Sequence record: PX930851.1
Origin: a phage
Reading direction: 5' to 3' (one strand)
Length of the DNA stretch: 64,000 nt
Below the pieces are notes generated by a model, which made no database searches, had not been told where the DNA came from, and worked only from the letters and a program-made list of their open reading frames with translations. Below, one piece after another: positions 18,806 through 27,218 of the stretch (positions are counted from its first letter, which is position 1; each line of letters opens with the position of its first letter). Both the position numbers and the translations under genes were made by a program.

Positions 18806-19774
18806 TTATTTCAGAAGAGTAACCTCAGCGATTTCTTCCCAACCGTTTTTGTCGGTCATAATAAAGTCAGCAAGATAAAGTGCAGTACGCAGTGAAACAT
18901 TGCGTAAACGGTTAACATTGACTTTCATCCATGATAATGCTTTATAAGTTTCTTCATCAGAAAGACCGCGTTTTTGCATCATGTCAGTTGAAAGAATAAC
19001 ATCTTCAACCCTGACCATAATTTCTTCATTAGTGTGAACACCCAAATCTAAATAAACTGAGCGGGAAACTAATGCTTGTAAATGTGGAGCAAGTTTAGTA
19101 CCACGGTCTAATTCGCGGTCAATGTCAACGTTTGTGATAAAAACAATCGTTCCTTTAAATTCAAACTCACGCTCAATGCCTTTTTCTTCTAAGTAAGAAG
19201 ATGCGGTGCTCCAGCAGACTTTACGGGTCTCTCCGGTGTCCAGAGCAGCTTTCAGAAGATTAAGAATGTCCATATCAGAGAAAACATCCACATCATCAAT
19301 CAAAAGGACAGAATTCTCTTCACGATTATTCCAAAGCTGTTCATAAAGACCGATACCAGAGATTTTACCATTAATGCTTTTATATTCGATGTATCCAATA
19401 TCATTTGCTTTATTTAAAGCTTTATCTAAAGAATACGTTTTACCAATACCTGCTGCTCCAGAGATAATTAATGAACGAATGTTTCCGTTAATAATACCAT
19501 TCGTCATCATTCCCATAACATTAAATCTTTTATTAATGCGGGTTTTCATATCTTCATACGATTCTTTAACTTCTTCAACTTTTACACCATCATATGAAAT
19601 GTCTGATTTGTAAACCCAAACACCGCGACGCTTACCGTCAATTTCAACAAAAACTTTACCATCTCCTTGTGCATCTACCGGAGCATTATCTGGGAACCAT
19701 TCACCTAAGAGCTCAAAAGTTCCAGAGATTTCTTTACCGAAGTAGATACCCTTATTGATAGTTACAGTTTTCAT
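18806..19774 (-). CDS. P-loop NTPase (AAA-like ATPase), 322 aa
   Basis: Walker A GAAGIGKT; Walker B VLLIDDVD; start at ATG 19774 (GGAG RBS) below early promoter. Confidence 0.65.
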   Translation of the reverse strand: MKTVTINKGIYFGKEISGTFELLGEWFPDNAPVDAQGDGKVFVEIDGKRRGVWVYKSDISYDGVKVEEVKESYEDMKTRINKRFNVMGMMTNGIINGNIRSLIISGAAGIGKTYSLDKALNKANDIGYIEYKSINGKISGIGLYEQLWNNREENSVLLIDDVDVFSDMDILNLLKAALDTGETRKVCWSTASSYLEEKGIEREFEFKGTIVFITNVDIDRELDRGTKLAPHLQALVSRSVYLDLGVHTNEEIMVRVEDVILSTDMMQKRGLSDEETYKALSWMKVNVNRLRNVSLRTALYLADFIMTDKNGWEEIAEVTLLK

Positions 19775-19810
19775 TTTATTCTCCAATTTTACATTTGTTT
19801 TGATAGGGTA

Positions 19811-19840
19811 ATAATATCACACTACTACCCTGCTGTAAAC
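19811..19840 (-). promoter_or_regulatory. phage early promoter
   Basis: -35 GTTTAC, 18-nt spacer, TGTGATATTAT; upstream of ATPase gene. Confidence 0.55.
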
Positions 19841-19843
19841 AAT

Positions 19844-20107
19844 TTATTTTAATGTTTGCCAAATTTTTACTGCTTCACGACGAGATACTTCTACAGCTCC
19901 AAGTTCTACAGCTTTTTGGCGTCGCCGAGCGTGTAAGTCATAATGTTTAATGCGTTTATCTTGAAACCAAGAACGTTTCATTCCTATTGCTTCTGCCATT
20001 TCGTGAAGCTCTTCAATATCTCCATCAGTGAACATATGACAATTTTTAGTTGGATGACCGCGAAGTTTCCATCCATGATTCATTAAAACATCTACGTAAA
20101 CTGTCAT
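19844..20107 (-). CDS. hypothetical protein, 87 aa (resembles DUF4031-type small phage proteins, from memory)
   Basis: MTVYVDVLMNHGWKLRGH...HYDL pattern. Confidence 0.45.
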   Translation of the reverse strand: MTVYVDVLMNHGWKLRGHPTKNCHMFTDGDIEELHEMAEAIGMKRSWFQDKRIKHYDLHARRRQKAVELGAVEVSRREAVKIWQTLK

Positions 20108-20253
20108 TGATTCTTCTCCAAATAAGTTTCGATAATTTTCTGGGCGAGATAAACCGCGTTATCTTCAGTTGCGTCTTCCAAGAAACTTTCAAAACACTCT
20201 GAAATTTCTTCTGTATCAATCAACTTTTTTACTTCAATTGGTGTAATTTTCAT
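20104..20253 (-). CDS. small acidic ORF, 49 aa
   Basis: first ATG after early promoter 20290-20319; stop overlaps next ATG. Confidence 0.35.
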   Translation of the reverse strand: MKITPIEVKKLIDTEEISECFESFLEDATEDNAVYLAQKIIETYLEKNQ

Positions 20254-20289
20254 TTTGTTTTCCGTTTAAGTGTTTGTTTTGATAGTTGT

Positions 20290-20319
20290 ATAGTACCATA
20301 AAGCTTTATGCTTGTAAAC
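20290..20319 (-). promoter_or_regulatory. phage early promoter
   Basis: -35 GTTTAC, 18-nt spacer, TATGGTACTAT; UP element AAAAATTTTTCACAAAAC; immediately downstream of terminator. Confidence 0.6.
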
Positions 20320-20340
20320 CGTTTTGTGAAAAATTTTTGA

Positions 20341-20367
20341 AATAAAAAAGGGAGCCCGAAGGCTCCC
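20341..20367 (-). terminator. intrinsic terminator after nucleotidyltransferase gene
   Basis: 7-bp stem GGGAGCC-UUCG-GGCUCCC followed by UUUUUUAUUU. Confidence 0.7.
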
Positions 20368-20369
20368 TA

Positions 20370-21383
20370 TCATTTATAATAACTTCGATGGTTTTCAAGA
20401 TAAACCTGTTCGAGGAAATTATTCCAAAAGCTCATATCTACTGTTTTAGGCATACCGTTCTTAGAAGCTTCAGTAGATGCTGCTTCTACTTGATCAACCA
20501 CATCTTCCAAAAACTCTTGAACTGTTTTAAATGGATGTTTACCCAGCTTCACGTCGAGAATAAATGGAGCATCTTGGAGTGGATAAACCAAGTCGCCAGT
20601 TTTGTAAATTTCCAATAGTTGAAGTCCACCACGACAAGCATGACTTAGTGCTTTCCAGTCAATGCCTTCATTAGCTTCGGCTTTACGAGCACGTTCACCA
20701 TATTCAGCATCTAATTTATTCAGTGACTGCTTAAGCTCGATAAGAGAAAGTGTTGTCTGATATTTACGACCCAACACAGTGTAGAACGTTTGCGGGCCTG
20801 TTTTCTCGTGATTATGGAACACCCATTCACAGAACTCATTTTCAGGGAGTCTGTGTTTGATATCTTCTATCTTAGTACGACGAAGTCTATCAGGGATTCC
20901 TTCTTGATAGTCGACCCACTGGTCAGGGATTTGATTAACTACTTTTAATACATCACGTAATGCGGCCAAACGAGAACCCTTGACACCGTATTTAGAAGCT
21001 TGCTTGCGGACATATCCTAAATAGGATTTCATGTTAGTTGTATAAAACCGTGAACGATTGTCTTGGATAAATTTCCATACATCAGGCAAATCAGATTTAA
21101 CCACTAGTTCAGGCGGAGTGTGAAGCATATCCAATGCTACAGTTTCACCATCTGCTGCTAATTTAAAGAAATACTTAAGACTGTATAGTTCATGGTCAAT
21201 ATCATCTTTAGTGTTTTTAGATGATGTGTTGTTAGTGTTTTTACTCATATGCTCTTTAACATTTCCGATAAGAATATCGCGAGCACGAGGAACAAAGATT
21301 TCTTTAAAATCTACATCAGATTCTGGAGTAGAAGTTCCATAAAGATGACTACCAAAATAGCTTTTCATTACTGTTTTCATCAT
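20370..21383 (-). CDS. predicted Pol-beta-superfamily nucleotidyltransferase, 337 aa
   Basis: N-terminal motif YFGSHLYGTSTPESDVDF (G-S...D-x-D) and later hxhD (VALDMLH); start overlaps upstream TM gene stop. Confidence 0.6.
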   Translation of the reverse strand: MMKTVMKSYFGSHLYGTSTPESDVDFKEIFVPRARDILIGNVKEHMSKNTNNTSSKNTKDDIDHELYSLKYFFKLAADGETVALDMLHTPPELVVKSDLPDVWKFIQDNRSRFYTTNMKSYLGYVRKQASKYGVKGSRLAALRDVLKVVNQIPDQWVDYQEGIPDRLRRTKIEDIKHRLPENEFCEWVFHNHEKTGPQTFYTVLGRKYQTTLSLIELKQSLNKLDAEYGERARKAEANEGIDWKALSHACRGGLQLLEIYKTGDLVYPLQDAPFILDVKLGKHPFKTVQEFLEDVVDQVEAASTEASKNGMPKTVDMSFWNNFLEQVYLENHRSYYK

Positions 21384-21841
21384 TCAGCCTTATATTCAAT
21401 AACAGGACATACTTTAGCTTTACGAGCTTTTAAAAATTCGACGATAATAGATTTCTTGGGTTGAATAGGAGGTAAACCTTTATACGCCCTATCAATATTT
21501 TCTACATGTAAAGCATAATCCTTTTTCCATTTATAATCTTTATATTTTTCACGCAAATGTGCAGGAATAACAAATGAACCGATAATAAGTAAAACAACCA
21601 AAAGCGCAAGTATAAATGCTGATGGAAGCAAAGTCCATAAACTACCAAAAATAAGCCAGCGCTGTAAACTTTCTGCACAAATAATTGTCAGCCCTACGAG
21701 TATAGCACACCCAAAAATAGAAACGAAAAATGTAGGGATAACAATAGACCAAAAGTATGCACATAGCGTCTTAGGTCGTTGCCATTCGTCGTTAAACAAT
21801 TTGAATAATTTATAATGCCAAGAGTTTTCATTAATAATCAT
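21380..21841 (-). CDS. membrane protein, 153 aa, three predicted TM helices
   Basis: three hydrophobic stretches in the N-terminal 100 aa; basic C-terminal tail. Confidence 0.6.
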   Translation of the reverse strand: MIINENSWHYKLFKLFNDEWQRPKTLCAYFWSIVIPTFFVSIFGCAILVGLTIICAESLQRWLIFGSLWTLLPSAFILALLVVLLIIGSFVIPAHLREKYKDYKWKKDYALHVENIDRAYKGLPPIQPKKSIIVEFLKARKAKVCPVIEYKAE

Positions 21842-21843
21842 AA

Positions 21844-22365
21844 TTATCCTTTCATTGGAGGCGTAACGGTTGTTAAATACTTAATCATAGCTTCAGCTTC
21901 TGATTTTGATAATGAAATTTCTTCATTGTTTTGACGAATAGAAATAAAATCCGGATGACGGTCACCACCAGCTTTTAAAACACACATATAAGTATCAACT
22001 TCGCCTTCAATATTTGAAATGATTGAAGCAGTTCCACATGAATGCGGTTTTTGATAAATCAATACAGCTTTTCTTCCACCGTTTGACTGTTCATAGGCTT
22101 TTAATACATCAAGCAAATCAGTTCTTTTATCAATAGCTAAAATATTATTTTCATCTTCAATGTTAAATCCTTCGGATACTTCATAAAGCGTTACCCATAA
22201 ATCACCGATGTCAATAACAGCATTTACTTTTCCACGGCTTTCAAGAGTATGACAAATTTTCTTGATTTCGTCATAACTCATTTTAATAATATCATCTCCT
22301 TGACTAAGAAAGATGTCATTTTTAAATTCAACACGAATTAAACCACTTCCACTTGAAATAAACAT
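21844..22365 (-). CDS. hypothetical protein, 173 aa
   Basis: ATG 22365 with GAGGAAAT RBS; C-terminus resembles upstream neighbour. Confidence 0.55.
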   Translation of the reverse strand: MFISSGSGLIRVEFKNDIFLSQGDDIIKMSYDEIKKICHTLESRGKVNAVIDIGDLWVTLYEVSEGFNIEDENNILAIDKRTDLLDVLKAYEQSNGGRKAVLIYQKPHSCGTASIISNIEGEVDTYMCVLKAGGDRHPDFISIRQNNEEISLSKSEAEAMIKYLTTVTPPMKG

Positions 22366-22371
22366 ATTTCC

Positions 22372-22905
22372 TCACTTTGAAATCATAGTTGGAATGACAG
22401 AATCAAGATAAGTCTTTAGTGCAATAGCTTCGTCTTTGGTAAATGTGACAATATGTGCTCGAGAATCATCAATTTGGCGAATAGTTAAGACATCTCCCTC
22501 TTCATAACATTTTGATACATTTAAAAGAGTTTCATCATTCTGATTGCAATCGTTAGTAATAATAGCATTGCAATTTTTGAGCCATTTTAAACTATGTTTT
22601 CTTTCATTAGAATAATAAAAATATTTAATCTTAGCTATAAAACTATCCCAATGAATAACTGATAAACACATTGACTCACTTTTAATATTAAATCCTGGGC
22701 ATGAAGAATAAAAATGAATTTTGTGCTCATCATTGATGCTTACTATTTTATCAGTATAAGGATATTCAATTTGGGTTAAATGAATGATTTCACTAGGCGT
22801 AAAATACAGCATATCGTCTTCTTGCGTCAAACGATACATGTTATTTACTTTTTCTATAGCCAATTCACCAAAAAGCGGACTAACTTCTAATACTAATCGT
22901 TTCAT
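22372..22905 (-). CDS. hypothetical protein, ~177 aa
   Basis: track start at 22929 is non-ATG; ATG 22905 (MKRLVLEV...) preferred. Confidence 0.5.
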   Translation of the reverse strand: MKRLVLEVSPLFGELAIEKVNNMYRLTQEDDMLYFTPSEIIHLTQIEYPYTDKIVSINDEHKIHFYSSCPGFNIKSESMCLSVIHWDSFIAKIKYFYYSNERKHSLKWLKNCNAIITNDCNQNDETLLNVSKCYEEGDVLTIRQIDDSRAHIVTFTKDEAIALKTYLDSVIPTMISK

Positions 22906-22931
22906 ATTGATTCTCTTCGACTCGCTCACAA

Positions 22932-23036
22932 TTACATACTCCTTTGAATAATATCAATAATGTTGTTCACCAGATTATAAGTAAACATTGGGTAATTATA
23001 TTGAATCATCACATACACAACAAACAAAACTTTCAT
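22932..23036 (-). CDS. possible leader peptide/small hydrophobic ORF, 34 aa
   Basis: ATG 23036 with AAGGAG RBS, ~20 nt downstream of early promoter. Confidence 0.25.
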   Translation of the reverse strand: MKVLFVVYVMIQYNYPMFTYNLVNNIIDIIQRSM

Positions 23037-23064
23037 TCTCTTCTCCTTGGCAGTTGACAAGATT

Positions 23065-23094
23065 ACTATACCACAACCTTGCCAACTTGTAAAC
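23065..23094 (-). promoter_or_regulatory. phage early promoter
   Basis: -35 GTTTAC, 18-nt spacer, TTGTGGTATAGT. Confidence 0.6.
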
Positions 23095-23096
23095 CA

Positions 23097-23270
23097 TTAA
23101 ATGACGTTTTCAATAAAATTTTGAAGCTTTGTGTGAGCATCAACCATGATTTTCATTTCTTCTTTGGCGAAAGCTGTACCTCTTTCCCGAGAAGAACACT
23201 CATAGTCAGAAACTGCATTAGCATATTCTTCAATTAGTTTCATTAAAAACATCTGCTTTTCAGTTTTCAT
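23097..23270 (-). CDS. small ORF, 57 aa
   Basis: below track cutoff; ATG 23270. Confidence 0.35.
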   Translation of the reverse strand: MKTEKQMFLMKLIEEYANAVSDYECSSRERGTAFAKEEMKIMVDAHTKLQNFIENVI

Positions 23271-23454
23271 TATTCCACCTAATTATTTCAAGATATTGAA
23301 CTAACTTAGCTTTAGATTTATCCAAATCCTTTTTAGCTGCTTCTATACCGTCGTATGAATATCCTTCACAATGCTCAACTGCTAATTGATATGAATCTAT
23401 TTCAACATCACGTGCTAATTTAATGATTTTTTCAAACTGTTCATGTGTTAGCAT
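23260..23454 (-). CDS. hypothetical protein, 64 aa
   Basis: ORF track. Confidence 0.45.
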   Translation of the reverse strand: MLTHEQFEKIIKLARDVEIDSYQLAVEHCEGYSYDGIEAAKKDLDKSKAKLVQYLEIIRWNNEN

Positions 23455-23456
23455 AC

Positions 23457-23696
23457 TTAAACTCTCGTATTATGATCGATAATTTCATCAAGAAACATAT
23501 CTAACGCTTCTAAAGCATTATCAACTTTAGCTTCAAAGTCTTTAATGCCTTTATTCGAAATACCCGATGAATACCAAGCAAAGTCAATCAGCTCTTCATC
23601 TGCTTTACGAATTGAAGCCACTAATTCCTTGATTTTATCTGCTTGCTCTATACTAATCATTATTCCACCACATATGACAGAGAGAATATTGCACAC
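23457..23696 (-). CDS. hypothetical protein, 79 aa
   Basis: ORF track. Confidence 0.5.
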
Positions 23697-23848
23697 GCCA
23701 TGTGAGTTGCAACTTCATCACACATATTATAACGTTTCTTAAGAAGTTCTACAAGTTCTTCACTAGTAACTTCATCCATGTCGACGAAAAAATCACCATT
23801 AATGATGACGTAGATATTTCCTTCTTGATTAAGTGCTTCAATTTTCAT
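23660..23848 (-). CDS. hypothetical protein, 62 aa
   Basis: ATG 23848 with AGGAG RBS below early promoter 23877-23906. Confidence 0.5.
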
Positions 23849-23876
23849 GATGTTCTCCTCTTTATCCGATGGTTGT

Positions 23877-23906
23877 ATAGTACCACAGCTCAAACGGAAA
23901 GTAAAC
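23877..23906 (-). promoter_or_regulatory. phage early promoter
   Basis: -35 GTTTAC, 18-nt spacer, TGTGGTACTAT. Confidence 0.6.
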
Positions 23907-23910
23907 CGGT

Positions 23911-23938
23911 AAAATGAAAAAAGTCTCCCGAAGGAGAC
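23911..23938 (-). terminator. intrinsic terminator
   Basis: GUCUCC-UUCG-GGAGAC followed by UUUUUUCAUUUU. Confidence 0.65.
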
Positions 23939-23943
23939 TAATG

Positions 23944-24330
23944 TTATTCGAGGGAAAGAAGATACTTACTCTGGTAAAACATCCCAGTAATATCATCTAT
24001 CGTGCTTTGAATGGCTGGAGGCATTTCTTTATAAATGCTGTTAGATTGGTCTAGTATGCGATCAATCATTTTAATTGTGTCGGTAGGAAGTTTACTGGCA
24101 TCTGGAATTGAAGGTGTGTATTTTCTACCAGAATACCCCAAATATTGCTCACCAAATTTATCAATCAAATCTGGCAATTCGGAGAAAATAAAATCGTATG
24201 CTTTGTGTCTAGCATAACTTTTAGTTTCAAAATGTGCAGAATGAAAATAAGCTTGTGCAGCCATTAATAAACCTAAGTATTCATCTGCCTTTGAAGGTTT
24301 TCCACTTTGTGAAAAGTCGCTGAATTTCAT
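23944..24330 (-). CDS. hypothetical protein, 128 aa (rI.-1 position)
   Basis: ORF track; followed by tetraloop terminator. Confidence 0.55.
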
Positions 24331-24620
24331 TCAGTCTCCAATTTAATGTTCATAATTCTAGCGTATGATTGTGCCATCTCCGCGCCTCGTTCTATACATT
24401 CAAAATCAGAAGAGCACGGGTCATTTTTATAGGTCGTTCTCATAAAACTATAGAACTGTTCAGATGATTCTACGCTTTTATTTTCAAAAAGCATATAAAC
24501 ATGTCTAATACCAGATTCCATAAATTTATCAAAATGAGGATCGACATTCGCTTCAATCGATGGAGATAAAGCAAATGACAATCCTAGCATGGCAAATAGT
24601 GCCGTTGCTTTTAAGGCCAT
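24327..24620 (-). CDS. rI: lysis inhibition regulator rI-like membrane-anchored protein
   Basis: 97 aa with N-terminal signal anchor MALKATALFAMLGLSFALS; located just before tk. Confidence 0.7.
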   Translation of the reverse strand: MALKATALFAMLGLSFALSPSIEANVDPHFDKFMESGIRHVYMLFENKSVESSEQFYSFMRTTYKNDPCSSDFECIERGAEMAQSYARIMNIKLETE

Positions 24621-24632
24621 AAAGGCCTCCTA

Positions 24633-24845
24633 TCATTTTTGTCCTGTATTTACTTTATGCCGATGCACGGCCTTAACTTTATCAAGGTATTTTTCAAAAT
24701 TTCGCAATCTAGTATAGTCTGCCGGAGATTGGTTGAGTGATACTTCTCGACGCAAAGCTGAAATGATATTTCCAACTTCCCTACGAATTTCATCTAATTG
24801 AAGCACAGTAAGATTGCGAAGTTGCTTTTCAGTTAATTGTAGCAT
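24633..24845 (-). CDS. hypothetical protein, 70 aa
   Basis: ATG 24845 downstream of a TATAAATA late promoter. Confidence 0.5.
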
Positions 24846-24870
24846 ATATACCCCTTTAGTTAGATAAACC

Positions 24871-24878
24871 TATTTATA
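24871..24878 (-). promoter_or_regulatory. late promoter (TATAAATA)
   Basis: exact TATAAATA on minus strand ~25 nt upstream of ORF start 24845. Confidence 0.55.
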
Positions 24879-24887
24879 ACTTTTGCA

Positions 24888-25469
24888 CTAACCGAGCTTT
24901 TTAGTTAATTCGTTCCAGTGTTTTCTACACAAAGAAACATAAATTTCATCACCAATACAGATTTGATTACCTTCTTTAACTGGTGTTCCATCTTCCATCA
25001 ATCGAGCTGTCATAATCGCTTTTTTGCCGCAATGACAAACTGCCTTTAGTTCAATAAGTTTATCTGCAATCGCTAAAAGTTCTTTAGAACCTTCAAACAA
25101 TTTTCCAGCGAAATCAGTCCTTAATCCATAAGCCATAACAGGAACATTATATGTATCAACAATTCGGCTTAATTGGTGCACCTGTTCAGTTTTTAAAAAC
25201 TGAGCTTCATCTACAAATACGCAATGAATATCTTTTTGTGCTTCAGCCCATTTATAGAACTCGAAAATATCCATATCATCTGTAATAATATTCGCTTCCT
25301 GTTTAATTCCAATGCGAGAAACAACTTCACAGACAGAATCGCGAGTATCAATAGCAGGCTTAAGAACTAATACACCCATTCCACGTTCTTTATAATTATG
25401 TGCAGCAGTCAAAAGAGAAGCAGATTTTCCAGCATTCATTGCTGCATAAGTAAAAATTAAACTCGCCAT
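24888..25469 (-). CDS. tk: thymidine kinase
   Basis: 193 aa; P-loop AAMNAGKS; C-terminal Zn-binding cysteines CHCG...C. Confidence 0.92.
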   Translation of the reverse strand: MASLIFTYAAMNAGKSASLLTAAHNYKERGMGVLVLKPAIDTRDSVCEVVSRIGIKQEANIITDDMDIFEFYKWAEAQKDIHCVFVDEAQFLKTEQVHQLSRIVDTYNVPVMAYGLRTDFAGKLFEGSKELLAIADKLIELKAVCHCGKKAIMTARLMEDGTPVKEGNQICIGDEIYVSLCRKHWNELTKKLG

Positions 25470-25470
25470 C

Positions 25471-25659
25471 TTAGTCCTTAGTTAAATTTTCTAAATATGT
25501 TTCTAAATCATTTTCAGCTTTATCGATAGATTTTACTAATTCGTAATATGTTTCGGCATCTCCATATTCAGAAGATATTTCAAAAGACAAATCCTTTTCT
25601 AAACTAACAATTTCACTAACTAAAAATAATATTTCGTTCTTTTGTTCGCGAGTAATCAT
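25471..25659 (-). CDS. small acidic protein, 62 aa
   Basis: ORF track; resembles downstream neighbour (QK..LF.L..E). Confidence 0.5.
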   Translation of the reverse strand: MITREQKNEILFLVSEIVSLEKDLSFEISSEYGDAETYYELVKSIDKAENDLETYLENLTKD

Positions 25660-25841
25660 AATGAATTTATATAATCAATGAGTTCTTGTTCTTTATTATC
25701 GAATTCTTTAGAAAGTTCTTCGTACTCGTTTGCACTAAAAGGACCGCATTCATTACAAACTTTTTCCAATTCGCTATTTTTATCCATAACTTCGTGGATA
25801 AGAGAAAAGAGTTTGTCTTTTTGTTCTTTACTCAGACTCAT
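25656..25841 (-). CDS. small acidic protein, 61 aa
   Basis: ORF track; paralog-like to 25471-25659. Confidence 0.5.
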   Translation of the reverse strand: MSLSKEQKDKLFSLIHEVMDKNSELEKVCNECGPFSANEYEELSKEFDNKEQELIDYINSL

Positions 25842-26007
25842 ATATTAAATCCTAGAAGTTTTAAGATAATTCGCTTTTGCTTAAATATTTCTATCGTTAA
25901 ATGATCAGTATCTTTTTGACCAATTCCAATAGCAAAACCCTTATTTACGGCAAGTTCAATTAAATTATCAATATTGCGTAAAACTTCATAGCGTAACTCA
26001 AAACTAT

Positions 26008-26235
26008 TCATTTTGGTTTACCTTCTTTAACGAAATCAGGATAAGGATAAAATCCTGAATAAAATCCTTCACCTTTATGATTGATGCATCCTTTATTAGA
26101 ACAATAGCACCAATAATCGAAATCACAAGCCATTTCATCGTTGCATAAAGCAAAAACAACCGGCCACTTACACTTTTCACAGTGGGCATTTTTAAGAATA
26201 CTAGTTTGGCTCATAACCATGTAACCTTTAAGCAA
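26008..26235 (-). CDS. cysteine-rich small protein, ~70 aa; start uncertain
   Basis: CEKC...C...C...C pattern suggests metal binding. Confidence 0.45.
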   Translation of the reverse strand: MLKGYMVMSQTSILKNAHCEKCKWPVVFALCNDEMACDFDYWCYCSNKGCINHKGEGFYSGFYPYPDFVKEGKPK

Positions 26236-26423
26236 TATTCTTCTACATGTTGTTTACGACCTTTCTTATCAATAAAGGTATATTCAACGAATGTTCCAAT
26301 GTAGTCTTTATCTACATCATGTGGACTATTAATTGGACATTTAGTGCGGCAAATGCGTTCCCATTGACGAATAATTACTGCTTTGTTTTTAGGATCAAAC
26401 GGATGTGGGTAATGTACTTTCAT
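26211..26423 (-). CDS. hypothetical protein, 70 aa
   Basis: ORF track. Confidence 0.5.
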   Translation of the reverse strand: MKVHYPHPFDPKNKAVIIRQWERICRTKCPINSPHDVDKDYIGTFVEYTFIDKKGRKQHVEEYCLKVTWL

Positions 26424-26874
26424 AATCCACCACTATTAAATCAATATCAGGAGTAAACATGTCGATTAATTTAGAAACTTTATCCCAATCGCCGCCAGCA
26501 ATACCACAACCTATACGTGGAATGTAAATTACCGGTTTAAACAAAAGGGTTTCTGCCTGTAGATTTAATTCTATCATGCAGTTTACTAAAGCACCATAAT
26601 CAAGATTAGGACCTGGTTCGTATTGCGTATACAAGTTATAACATATGCCAAACCCATTAGGTTTATGTTTAAAAACAATAGACACATCACCGAGTTTTTC
26701 ACGCGAACCATATTCAGTTGTGGTCTTATCTATTTCTAAAATTTTGGGATAGGCTCTTGCTAATTGACCAGCTACACCACTGCCCATTGTATGAAAACAG
26801 TTACACCCGTGCGCAATAATATTACCTTCAAGAAAGAGGGCGACAATATCGCCCTTGATATATTTTACAATCAT
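26395..26874 (-). CDS. macro-domain-like protein (predicted ADP-ribose binding/hydrolase fold), 159 aa
   Basis: GDIVA...IIAHGCNCFHTMGSGVAGQLA and IPRIGCGIAGGDW align by eye to macro-domain GDIT...NAAN...GGGV and ...GIYG motifs. Confidence 0.6.
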   Translation of the reverse strand: MIVKYIKGDIVALFLEGNIIAHGCNCFHTMGSGVAGQLARAYPKILEIDKTTTEYGSREKLGDVSIVFKHKPNGFGICYNLYTQYEPGPNLDYGALVNCMIELNLQAETLLFKPVIYIPRIGCGIAGGDWDKVSKLIDMFTPDIDLIVVDYESTLPTSV

Positions 26875-27218
26875 CTAGTACTCAATCCTCGATTATAAGA
26901 ATCTACTAAACGGTCAACCATTGAATGACAAGCGGCTTTATCTTTTTCCTCCGCAACTGAACATTCTAGGGTATTCCACTTTTTAGCATATCGTTTTAAT
27001 AATGTATCGTTTTTGTATCTGCTTGATTTATCTCTTTCTCCGTCTTTATATGCATATATTAATTTCTGCGCAAATTCAGCTTGGCATGCTTTATTTTTCC
27101 CACAATAATCTGCCGCAGTGCGGTTCACATACTCCCTAATTTCAGTATATGATGTATCTGCTGACGCATAAGCAGAAAATGAAATTAATCCTATACATAA
27201 AACCAAAATTTTAGTCAT
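26871..27218 (-). CDS. small secreted/periplasmic protein, 115 aa
   Basis: signal-peptide-like N-terminus MTKILVLCIGLISFSAYASA; four Cys. Confidence 0.55.
   Translation of the reverse strand: MTKILVLCIGLISFSAYASADTSYTEIREYVNRTAADYCGKNKACQAEFAQKLIYAYKDGERDKSSRYKNDTLLKRYAKKWNTLECSVAEEKDKAACHSMVDRLVDSYNRGLSTR

Noticed and set aside
26004-26189. 61-aa ORF overlapping the Cys-rich ORF 26008-26235
   Set aside because: Alternative frame over the same DNA; the Cys-rich frame has the more protein-like composition.
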